From an uncultured delta proteobacterium (GTDB lineage Bacteria > Desulfobacterota > Binatia > HRBIN30 > BPIQ01), in NCBI GenBank assembly GCA_963761335.1, contig CAVXGR010000011.1, positions 96,001-160,000 of the forward strand: DNA of 64,000 bases. Direction: 5' to 3'. The position numbers and the translations under genes are program-made. The notes beneath the pieces are model-generated. The model searched no databases. It worked only from the letters and a program-made list of their open reading frames with translations, and was not told the DNA's origin. Below, piece by piece: positions 53,633 through 64,000 of this stretch (position 1 is the first letter of the stretch; every line of letters begins with the position of its first letter).

Positions 53633-55930
<2,298 letters not shown>

Positions 55931-56148
55931 TGTGTGCACCTCGTATCGCCACCGGGACGCGGCACGTGCGACCCGACAGATTTTGGGATGCGGAGGATTA
56001 TGCGACAGCGGCGCCCCTAAGCCTAGCGCCCGCGCTCTGGCCGTTCCCCCTCCCCTCATCTCTCCGTAAATGGAGCCCCCCGAGAATGCAAGGGAAAGGG
56101 GGGAGGCTGGACGAGAGACCTGCTCTGGCCTGCCGCTCTCTCGATTCG

Positions 56149-56291
56149 CCATTCTCATTCCCGGTTCTCATCCCGTCGTTTTCCATTGTTCTGCGCGCCG
56201 CGGGGCCACCGACCGGCTGCGGGTTACTTGCGGCGGTCAGAGCGAATGGAAAACGACGGGATGAGAACCGGGAATGAGGACGGGGAATGGC
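56149..56291. repeat. MITE-like element with a perfect 34-bp inverted repeat
   Basis: ctcattcccggttctcatcccgtcgttttccatt (56154-56187) / exact reverse complement at 56245-56278. Confidence 0.85.
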
Positions 56292-56366
56292 ACCCCCCCC
56301 TGGATTCCCGCCGGAGCTGCGTATAGATCCGCGCATGGTCAATCATCACCGGGAGACGGCGGCGCC

Positions 56367-57668
56367 ATGATGAACGGCATCTGGCTGGCGCTGGTGGTGG
56401 CGTCGGTGATCGCCGCCTCGTTCAACGGCAACATGGAGGCGGTGACCGCAGCCTCGATCGAGTCGGCCAAGTCGGCCGTCGAGCTGGCCATCGGTCTCAT
56501 CGGGGTGATGGCCTTCTGGCTCGGCATGATGCGCGTCGTTCAGGAGGGCGGTCTCCTGCACACCCTGGCCCGCGCCCTGCGGCCGGTGATGACGCGACTG
56601 TTCCCGGAGGTGCCCGCCGAGCACCCGGCGATGAGCGCCATGATCATGAACATCGCCAGCAACATGCTCGGGCTCGGCAACGCCGCCACCCCGTTCGGCA
56701 TCAAGGCGATGATCGAGCTCAACCGCCTGAATCCGACCCCGGGAGTGGCCACCGACGCCATGGCGCTGTTCCTCGCCATCAACACCTCCAACGTCGCCCT
56801 GGCGCCGCTCGGAGTCATCGCCCTGCGCGCCTCGATGGGCTCGACAAATGCGGCGGGCATCTGGCTGCCGACGCTGCTGGCGACCAGCATCTCGACGATC
56901 GCCGGGATCGCCGCCGCCAAGGGCTTGCAGCGCCTCTACCCGCCGGCGGGTGCCTACGAGGCGACCGAGAGCCGCAGCGCCGACACGGAGCCCGAGATTC
57001 CCGAGGAAGGCGCCGGCGGCGAGGAGCGCTCCGCCTCGCCGGGCGGCTGCGCCCTCGCCGTCGGGGTGCTGATCGCCATCGCCGCCGGCTTCGTCGTGAC
57101 TGTGTACCGCGGCATCGGCGGCGGCGCCGCGGCGAGCGATCTGCTGCGCCAGGCGGCGTCGACCTGGATCCTCCCCGTACTGATCGCCGCCATGCTGCTC
57201 TACGGCTTCGCCAAAGGGGTCGGCGTCTACGACGCCATGATCGCCGGGGCGCGCGAGGGATTCCAGGTGGCGGTGCGCATCATTCCGTTCCTGGTGGCGA
57301 TCATCGTCGCCGTCGGCATGTTCCGCGCCTCCGGTCTTCTCGATCTCCTGGTCGGCGCCGTCAGTCCGCTGATGAACGCCGTGGGCTTTCCGCCACAGGC
57401 GCTGCCGATGGCTCTGCTGCGACCGCTCTCGGGATCGGGCGCCTACGGGGTGATGGCGGAGATCATGAAAGCGCAGGGCCCCGACTCGCAGGTGGGCTAT
57501 CTCGTTTCGGTGCTTCAGGGAAGCACCGAAACCACCTTCTACGTCCTCGCCGTCTACTTCGGCGCCGTCGGTGTCACCCGCGTGCGCCACGCCCTCGCCG
57601 CCGGCCTGATCGCCGACCTCGCCGGCGTCGCCGGCGCCGTGCTGGCGGTCAACTGGCTGCTAGGATGA
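56367..57668 (+). CDS. Fused SpmA/SpmB nucleoside-recognition (Gate) membrane protein
   Basis: MNGIW, NMLGLGNAATP.GIKAM, INTS; LRPLSGSGA, GSTETTFYVLAVYFGAVG. Confidence 0.9.
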   Translation: MMNGIWLALVVASVIAASFNGNMEAVTAASIESAKSAVELAIGLIGVMAFWLGMMRVVQEGGLLHTLARALRPVMTRLFPEVPAEHPAMSAMIMNIASNMLGLGNAATPFGIKAMIELNRLNPTPGVATDAMALFLAINTSNVALAPLGVIALRASMGSTNAAGIWLPTLLATSISTIAGIAAAKGLQRLYPPAGAYEATESRSADTEPEIPEEGAGGEERSASPGGCALAVGVLIAIAAGFVVTVYRGIGGGAAASDLLRQAASTWILPVLIAAMLLYGFAKGVGVYDAMIAGAREGFQVAVRIIPFLVAIIVAVGMFRASGLLDLLVGAVSPLMNAVGFPPQALPMALLRPLSGSGAYGVMAEIMKAQGPDSQVGYLVSVLQGSTETTFYVLAVYFGAVGVTRVRHALAAGLIADLAGVAGAVLAVNWLLG

Positions 57669-57731
57669 GGGGCTCACCCCCCTTTACTCCCCAGCACCAG
57701 GGAGTAGTCGTGGAACGAGGAGGAATCGCCG

Positions 57732-58703
57732 ATGAACTACACCGCGCTCGGCCGCACCGGCCTGAAGGTCAGCCGCTTCTGTCTCGGCACCATGAACTTC
57801 GGGCCCGAGACCAGCGAGAGCGACAGCCACCGCATCATGGACCGCGCCCTGCAGCTCGGCTTCAACTTCTTCGACACCGCCAACGTCTACGGTTGGAAGC
57901 GCGGCGAGGGGATCACCGAGCAGATCATCGGCCGCTGGCTGGCCAAAGGCAGTGGCCGGCGCGAGAAGATCGTCCTCGCCACCAAGGTCTACGGGCCGAT
58001 GGGCGACGGCCCCAACGATCGCGGCCTCTCCGCCTACCACATCCGCCGCGCCTGCGACGAGAGCCTGCGGCGGCTGCAGACGGACCACATCGACATCTAC
58101 CAGATGCACCACGTCGAGCGGCGGACGCCCTGGGAGGAGATCTGGCAGGCGTACGAGCAGCTGGTGCGCGAGGGAAAGGTGATCTACGCGGGCAGCAGCA
58201 ACTTCGCCGGCTGGGACATCGCCACCGCCAACCAGACGGCGGCGCAGCGCAACTTCCTCGGCCTGGTGAGCGAGCAGAGCAAGTACAGCCTGGTCACCCG
58301 CGCCATCGAGCTGGAGGTGATTCCGGCCTGCGGCAGCTACGGCATGGCGCTGATCCCCTGGAGCCCGCTCGAGAGCGGCATCCTCGCCGGAGTGCTGCGT
58401 TCCTCCGGCGGCTCGCGCCGCAGCGGCGAGCGCTCCCGCAAGCTCGTCGAAAAGCACCGCCAGGCTCTCGAGGGCTACGAAGCGCTGTGCAGCGAGATCG
58501 GCGAGGAGCCCGCCAACGTGGCGCTCGCCTGGCTACTGGCACAGCCGGGGGTCACCGCACCGATCATCGGACCGCGCACCATGGAGCAGCTGGAAGGCGC
58601 CCTGCGCGCCCTCGAGCTGCACCTCGACGACAGTCTCTTGCAGCGGCTCGATCAGATCTGGCCCGGTCCGGGCGGCGCCGCCCCGGAGGCGTACGCCTGG
58701 TAG
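57732..58703 (+). CDS. Aldo/keto reductase
   Basis: LGRTGLKVSR.CLGTMNFG, FDTANVYG, LATKV, SLRRLQTDHID.YQMH, PIIGPRT. Confidence 0.95.
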   Translation: MNYTALGRTGLKVSRFCLGTMNFGPETSESDSHRIMDRALQLGFNFFDTANVYGWKRGEGITEQIIGRWLAKGSGRREKIVLATKVYGPMGDGPNDRGLSAYHIRRACDESLRRLQTDHIDIYQMHHVERRTPWEEIWQAYEQLVREGKVIYAGSSNFAGWDIATANQTAAQRNFLGLVSEQSKYSLVTRAIELEVIPACGSYGMALIPWSPLESGILAGVLRSSGGSRRSGERSRKLVEKHRQALEGYEALCSEIGEEPANVALAWLLAQPGVTAPIIGPRTMEQLEGALRALELHLDDSLLQRLDQIWPGPGGAAPEAYAW

Positions 58704-58780
58704 CTGGTTATTCGAGCAATCGAGTAGGCGGGCGTCGGGTTCCCCGTGCCCGTGCCCGCTTTCGTCCCCCTCGGCACAAC

Positions 58781-59446
58781 TCAGCGGATGCGGCCGAGAC
58801 GGCCGCGCTCCCAGGCGGCGATCCGCAGCGCCAGTAGCGCGGCGAGCACCGCCGCGTATACCAGCGGCATGCGGACGTCGGCCTTCACCAGCCACCAGTA
58901 GTGCAGCACGGCGGCGCCCGCGGACAGGTAGACGAAGCGGTGCAGCTGCGTCCAGCGTCTTCCGAGACGGCGAATCCAGCCCCGCGTCGAGGTGATCGCC
59001 AGCGGCAGCATGCACATGAAGGCGGTGAAGCCGGCGGTGATGTAGGGCCGCTTGTAGGCGTCGGCGAGGATCGCGTTCCAGTCGAAGAAGTGATCGAGGA
59101 CGACGAAGGTCGACAGGTGCAGGCAGGCGTAGAAGAAGGCGAGCAGGCCGAGCGTGCGCCGATGCCGGATGACGGCGCTCCAGCCGGAGAGGCGCCGCAG
59201 CGGCGTCACCGCCAGGGTCGCCAGCAGTAGGCGCAGCGCCCAATCGCCGGTGAAATGGGTGATCGTCTCGATCGGGTTGGCGCCCAGATCGCCGCGGGAG
59301 GCGCGCAGCAGCAACCACACCGCCGGCAGCAAGCCCGCCCCAACGAGGAGCGCTCCCGCGGCGCGCCGGCGCCACGCCGCATTCGCGGCGCGGCGGCCGA
59401 CCGCGGCTCCGGGGCGCCCCCGAGCCCGCGGCGTGCTCTGCGCCAT
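58781..59446 (-). CDS. msrQ: Methionine sulfoxide reductase heme subunit MsrQ
   Basis: LGANPIE.ITH.TG.WAL, RR.LGL.AFFY..LH, KRPYIT.G, W..LHR.VY. Confidence 0.92.
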   Translation of the reverse strand: MAQSTPRARGRPGAAVGRRAANAAWRRRAAGALLVGAGLLPAVWLLLRASRGDLGANPIETITHFTGDWALRLLLATLAVTPLRRLSGWSAVIRHRRTLGLLAFFYACLHLSTFVVLDHFFDWNAILADAYKRPYITAGFTAFMCMLPLAITSTRGWIRRLGRRWTQLHRFVYLSAGAAVLHYWWLVKADVRMPLVYAAVLAALLALRIAAWERGRLGRIR

Positions 59447-59451
59447 GCCCA

Positions 59452-60444
59452 CTAGAAGTACTTCTTCAGATCCATGCCGGCGTAGAGACTGGCCACCTCT
59501 TCGCCATATCCGTTGAACGGCAGCGTCGGGCGGCGCAGGAACTCGCCGATGCGACGCTCGGTCTTCTGACTCCAGCGGGGGTGATCCACCCCCGGGTTCA
59601 CATTCGAGTAAAAGCCGTACTCGAGCGGATTCGCGGTGTTCCAGCTGGTCTCCGGCTGGCCGAGCTGCAGGCGAATGCTGACGATCGACTTGATACCCTT
59701 GAAGCCGTACTTCCACGGCACCACCAGCCGCAGCGGCGCGCCGTTCTGGTTGGGCAGCTCGCGGCCGTACATGCCCACGGTCAGCAGGGTGAGCGGGTGC
59801 ATGGCCTCGTCGATGCGCAGGCCCTCGCGGTAGGGCCAGTCGAGGACGCCGCGGCGCTCGCCGGGCATGTGCTCGGGATCCATGAGCGTTCGGAAGGCCA
59901 CGTACTTGGCATCCGACGTGGGCTCGAAGCGCTCCAGCACCTTGCCGAGGGAAACCCCGATCCAGGGAATGACCATCGACCACGCCTCGACGCAGCGGTG
60001 GCGATAGACGCGTTCCTCGAGCGCCGCGGGCTTGATCAGGTCCTCGAAGGCGATCACTCCGGGCTTCGCCACCTCGCCCTCGACCGACACCGACCACGGG
60101 TGGGTGACCAGGGTGTGGGCGTACTCCGCCGGATCCTCCTTGTCGGTGCCGAACTCGTAGAAGTTGTTGTAGGAGGTCGCCGACTTGTAATCGGTCGGCT
60201 CCTCGGTGGTGCTGTAGCGGACATTGCGCTGCGCCGCGAGCTTCTTCAGCTGGCGCTCGCCGGAGGTCTCCGAGGCGCGGTAGTCGGCGCGGCTGCAGCC
60301 CGGCAGCAGCACCGCCCCCGCGAGTGCTCCGGCAGCCGCCGCGGCGCCGCGGAGAAATTCACGACGGCGCAGGTACAGGGATTCGTCGGTGATCTCGCTC
60401 GAGGCCACCTCGCCGGCGCGCCGCACGCGGATGATCGTGCTCAT
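59452..60444 (-). CDS. msrP: Molybdopterin methionine sulfoxide reductase MsrP
   Basis: Tat [46 protein letters not shown]. Confidence 0.96.
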   Translation of the reverse strand: MSTIIRVRRAGEVASSEITDESLYLRRREFLRGAAAAAGALAGAVLLPGCSRADYRASETSGERQLKKLAAQRNVRYSTTEEPTDYKSATSYNNFYEFGTDKEDPAEYAHTLVTHPWSVSVEGEVAKPGVIAFEDLIKPAALEERVYRHRCVEAWSMVIPWIGVSLGKVLERFEPTSDAKYVAFRTLMDPEHMPGERRGVLDWPYREGLRIDEAMHPLTLLTVGMYGRELPNQNGAPLRLVVPWKYGFKGIKSIVSIRLQLGQPETSWNTANPLEYGFYSNVNPGVDHPRWSQKTERRIGEFLRRPTLPFNGYGEEVASLYAGMDLKKYF

Positions 60445-60552
60445 TTCGCTCCTCTCGCTTGGCTGGGTCTCATACTGGTCAGAACACGCCCGTCGCCACC
60501 GATGGTTCCCAGGGCCAAGTCTGTCATCTTCCGCCGCAGCTCTCCACCGCCA

Positions 60553-60717
60553 ATGGGGACAGGCTACTTTTGCCGCCCGAAACCTCTTGGGGTTCCGCAG
60601 AGACGGGCGCGCAAAAGTTGCCTGTCCTCATGCCGGAGGTCGGGGACAGGCACCTTTTCGGCGACGCGGCGGCGGCGGGTGCATGTGGCTTCGGTCTGCC
60701 GAAAAGCCGCCAGCCCC
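60553..60717. repeat. Tandem GGGGACAGGC-type palindromic elements
   Basis: atggggacaggctacttttgc...gcaaaagttgcctgtcctcat; ggggacaggcaccttttcggc...gccgaaaagccgccagcccc. Confidence 0.75.
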
Positions 60718-62493
60718 CTACTTCCGGGACAAGAACGACACCGCCAGAATCGCGAAGATCGTCAGCACCCAGACGACGATGACGGCGACCTGCGGGCGCT
60801 GGCGATCCTCGTCGTAGCGCGGCACGTGACGCAGGCCCGGCGCCTCTTCTTCGGGCTCTGCGGCGCCGCGGTAGATCGACTCGCCGCGGATCAGGCGCCA
60901 GGCGACCAGCGGCGGATTGCGGCTGTACTCCGTGGCTGTGGCCGCGAGGCCGCCGAACCAGGCGCCGAGGCGCTGGCTCAAACCGTCGAGTGGAATCGAC
61001 ACCCAATCGAGAAAGCGCGCCGCCGGGGCGCGGTAGAACCAGTCGGTGTCCAGGGTGATCGCTCGGTGCGGCCGCAGCCGGTCGAGCAGCCACCAGAACC
61101 CCAGGGCGGTGAAGGCCGGCAGCAGCAGCATCTCGAAGACGTGCGGCGCCGTGAACGGATCGTAGGTCGCCGCGAACGGCAGCAGCGCGTACAGCCAACC
61201 CGGTGCCACGCCCAGCGCGATGCACAGCGCCGACGCCAGGCCCATGGCCAGCAGCATGTGGCGCGGCACCTCGACCGCCGGTCCGCTCGGCTCGCGGTCG
61301 AACCAGGCGAAGTACGGCAGCTTCAGACCGACGGAGAGAAAAGTGCCGACCGAGGCGAGGTTCAGCAGCATGGCGATCCCGGGGCGATGCGCCTCCGCCG
61401 CGGCGGTGACCACCATGGACTTGGACACGAAGCCGTTGAACAGCGGCAGGCCGGAGATCGAGAGAGCGCCGATCATGTACATCACCAGCGTCCACGGCAT
61501 CTGCCGCGCCAGACCGCCGAGGTCGGTGAGCTTCTCGCGGCCGCTCGAGTAGATCACCGCGCCGGTACCCATGAACAGCAGCCCCTTGTAGATAATATGG
61601 CAAAAGGCGTGTGCCGTGGCGCCGTTCAGTGCCATCTCGGTGCCGATACCGACGCCGCAGACCATGTAGCCGACCTGGCTGACGATGTGGTAGGCGAGCA
61701 GCCGGCGGATGTTGTTCTCCAGCACCGCAAAGGCAACACCGTACACCGCCATCACGGCGCCCGCCCACACCAGAACCTCGGCGCCGGGGAAGCCGCGGAT
61801 CAGACAGTACACCGCCGTCTTGGTGGTGAAGGCGCTGAGAAAGACGCCGCCCGCTACTGTCGACTCGGGATAGGCATCGGGCAACCAGGGGTGCAGCGGC
61901 GGCACCGCGGCGTTGATGCAGAGTCCGACGAGCAGCAGCGCCGAGGCGGCCCCGAAGCCGCCGAGATTGCCGAAGGCCATCGAGCCGGAGGCGCGCATGA
62001 CCAGCAGGACGCCGAGCAGCAGAGCGCCGCCGGCGGTGAAGTGCACCAGCAGGTATCGCTGCGCGGCGCGCAGCGATTCCGGCCGCCGCCGGGCGAAAAT
62101 GAGCAGCGCCGAGGCCACCGCCATGACCTCCCAGCCGACGAACATGGAGAGGAGATCCCCGCTGAAGACGACGAACAGGCCGGCGCCCGCGTACACCAGG
62201 CCGCTGGCCTGCTCGAGAGCGCTGCTGCGGTGCCAGCCGTAGAGATTGGCGAGCGCGGCGACGATGAGGAAGACGAGGCCGAAGACAAGGCTCAGGGCGT
62301 CGGTGCGCGCCAGCACCAGGGGCAGGCCGACGACATGCAGCTCCCAGCTCTTGCCGGCCGGCAGCATGTACATCAGCGGCAGGGCCACCAGCGGCGCCAG
62401 CAGGCAGGCGAGCCGGCGGCCGCGCAGCGGCAGAAAGGGCAGCAGCGCCGCCGCCAGCAGCAGCACCAGGCCCGGGGGAACGCCGCTACTCAT
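60718..62493 (-). CDS. Mrp/Mnh Na+/H+ antiporter subunit D-like
   Basis: WEVMA, PLHPWLPDAYP, FTTKTAVY, LAYHIVSQVGYM, HIIYKGLLFM, GFVSK. Confidence 0.88.
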   Translation of the reverse strand: MSSGVPPGLVLLLAAALLPFLPLRGRRLACLLAPLVALPLMYMLPAGKSWELHVVGLPLVLARTDALSLVFGLVFLIVAALANLYGWHRSSALEQASGLVYAGAGLFVVFSGDLLSMFVGWEVMAVASALLIFARRRPESLRAAQRYLLVHFTAGGALLLGVLLVMRASGSMAFGNLGGFGAASALLLVGLCINAAVPPLHPWLPDAYPESTVAGGVFLSAFTTKTAVYCLIRGFPGAEVLVWAGAVMAVYGVAFAVLENNIRRLLAYHIVSQVGYMVCGVGIGTEMALNGATAHAFCHIIYKGLLFMGTGAVIYSSGREKLTDLGGLARQMPWTLVMYMIGALSISGLPLFNGFVSKSMVVTAAAEAHRPGIAMLLNLASVGTFLSVGLKLPYFAWFDREPSGPAVEVPRHMLLAMGLASALCIALGVAPGWLYALLPFAATYDPFTAPHVFEMLLLPAFTALGFWWLLDRLRPHRAITLDTDWFYRAPAARFLDWVSIPLDGLSQRLGAWFGGLAATATEYSRNPPLVAWRLIRGESIYRGAAEPEEEAPGLRHVPRYDEDRQRPQVAVIVVWVLTIFAILAVSFLSRK

Positions 62494-62713
62494 CGCTCTG
62501 CCCCGTGTAATAGCTCTCCCGGCGCTGCAGCCAGCGCTCGCCGAAGGCGCGGAAGCCGAGGACGAGCAGCGCCGTGCCGGCCAGGGCGAAGAACGCGTAG
62601 AAGCCGGGGATGCGCTCCAACCAGACGTGCGGGTGCTCCGGGCGGCCGAAGATCGCGCCGGCGGCGAACAGCGCCACGAGAAAGGCGACCGCGAGGCGAC
62701 GCCAGCGGCGCAT
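62486..62713 (-). CDS. Small two-TM protein in the Mrp-like operon
   Basis: WLERIPGFYAFFALAG..LLVL...LQRRESYY; overlaps both neighbours. Confidence 0.75.
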   Translation of the reverse strand: MRRWRRLAVAFLVALFAAGAIFGRPEHPHVWLERIPGFYAFFALAGTALLVLGFRAFGERWLQRRESYYTGQSDE

Positions 62714-63999
62714 CAGAACCTCGCTCCGACCCGCTGCGACAGGTCCCAGAGGTGCGGGCCGATATTCGGCCAGATGCCGAGGGCGACGGCGCAGGCGGCG
62801 GTGAACAGCAATGGCAGCAGCATGGCGGGATGCGCCTCACCGCGTTCGCGAAACTCCTCCGACGAGCGAAAAAAGGCGGCATAGACGATCGGAAAAAAGT
62901 AGGCAATGTTCAGTAACCCGCTCACCACCAGCACCACGGCCAGCCCGATGCGGTGCGCATCGAGGCTGCCGAGGCACAGATACCACTTGCTGACGAAGCC
63001 GTTGAGCGGCGGCATGCCGGCGAGCCCGAGGGCGCCGACGGCGAAGGCGCCCATGGTGAACGGCATGCGGCGGCCAATGCCGTCGAGCTGGCTGATGCGC
63101 TCGCAGCCGGTGGTCACCTGAATGGCGCCGGCGCAGAAGAAGAGCGTGATCTTGAGGACGGCGTGGTTGGCGAGATGCAGGACGGCGCCCATCACCGCGG
63201 CGGGCGACAGCACCGCAGCCCCGAGGACGATGTAGGAGAGCTGGCTGATGGTCGAGTAGGCCAGCCGCCGCTTCAGGTTGTCCTGCGCCAGCGCCAGGAC
63301 CGAGGCGGTGAGAATGGTGGCGGCGGCGACGTCGGCGAGCGCCGTGGCCGCTCCCATGCGCTCGAGAAGCGCCGCACCGAAGACGAAGGCGATGACGCGG
63401 ACACAGCCGAAGACTCCCGACTTCACCACCGCCACCGCGTGCAACAGAGCGCTCACCGGCGTCGGCGCGATCATGGCCGTGGGCAACCAGCCGTGCAGCG
63501 GCATGATCGCCGCCTTGACCCCGAAGCCCGCGATCAGCAGCCAGAAGAACAGGTGCAGCGTCATGGGACTGGCCGACGCCGCCGTGAGTATTCCCCCGGC
63601 GCGCAGGTCGAGGGTGCCGGTGACGGCGTAGATGCCGGCACACCCGGCGAGAATCGCCACTCCTCCGCCGAGGGTGTAGACGAGGTACTTGCGGCCGGCG
63701 ACCAGCGCCTCCTCACTCTCCTTGTGGACCACCAGCGGATAGGTCGCCAGGGTGAGCACCTCGTAGAAGAGATAGAGGGTCAGCAGGTTGGCCGCCAGGG
63801 CCACGCCGATGGTCGCCGACAGCGACAGTGCGAAGCTGGCGTAGTAGCGCGTCTGTGCGTGCTCCCGCAGCGAGCGCATGTAGCCGACCGAGTAGATCGA
63901 GGTCAGCAGCCAGAGGCTGGAGGCAACCACGGCGAAGACGGTCCCGAAGGCGTCGGCGCGCAGCTGCAGGGGCACCCCTGGAACCAGCTCGAAAAGCGT
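62713..63999 (-). CDS. Monovalent cation/H+ antiporter subunit D family (5' end beyond window)
   Basis: FYEVLTLATYPLV.H, PLHGWLP.AM.APTPVSALLHAVAVVK, KRRLAYSTISQLSY, GFVSKW. Confidence 0.88.
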   Translation of the reverse strand, partial: TLFELVPGVPLQLRADAFGTVFAVVASSLWLLTSIYSVGYMRSLREHAQTRYYASFALSLSATIGVALAANLLTLYLFYEVLTLATYPLVVHKESEEALVAGRKYLVYTLGGGVAILAGCAGIYAVTGTLDLRAGGILTAASASPMTLHLFFWLLIAGFGVKAAIMPLHGWLPTAMIAPTPVSALLHAVAVVKSGVFGCVRVIAFVFGAALLERMGAATALADVAAATILTASVLALAQDNLKRRLAYSTISQLSYIVLGAAVLSPAAVMGAVLHLANHAVLKITLFFCAGAIQVTTGCERISQLDGIGRRMPFTMGAFAVGALGLAGMPPLNGFVSKWYLCLGSLDAHRIGLAVVLVVSGLLNIAYFFPIVYAAFFRSSEEFRERGEAHPAMLLPLLFTAACAVALGIWPNIGPHLWDLSQRVGARF

Positions 64000-64000
64000 C

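Noticed and set aside
59581..62916. 1111-aa plus-strand ORF
   Set aside because: Antisense shadow of msrP and mrpD-like genes

Overview
High-GC (~68-70%, estimated by eye) bacterial chromosomal segment with ~55 CDS, mostly housekeeping or metabolic: rluA-like, hsp20-lon, metY plus a metX-metW fusion, opgG, LMF, a MoaD/BNR-propeller pair, a TetR-GST-sulfatase-haloalkane dehalogenase operon, asmA, aat, fbaB-glpX-M20 peptidase, large secreted Cys-rich/PT-repeat proteins, hemD, recQ, cysH, yejAB with a yejE-yejF fusion, a sulfite/nitrite reductase with a HEPN-like tail, spmAB, msrPQ and Mrp-type antiporter subunits. The PT-repeat/dockerin-like secreted proteins suggest a Binatota/Myxococcota-like lineage (inference only). 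I found no rRNA, tRNA, CRISPR array or transposase. Intergenic DNA is crowded with at least six families of small palindromic REP/MITE-like elements. Most striking: (1) a 1.1-kb element at 30455-31578 with terminal inverted repeats and a 3-bp target duplication. Its usual REP-doublet core is replaced by a captured gene fragment plus short copies of its own left and right flanks (Pack-MULE-like or templated-insertion signature). (2) A heavy-metal-efflux-type operon at ~400-2400 collapsed by many deletions into short fragments around an intact response regulator. (3) Three nested repeat elements at 50012-50391. (4) A gene with an abrupt G-rich codon skew at 37559-38524. (5) A 46-aa membrane peptide gene below the ORF-track cutoff. 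All family assignments are from visual motif recognition, not database searches.
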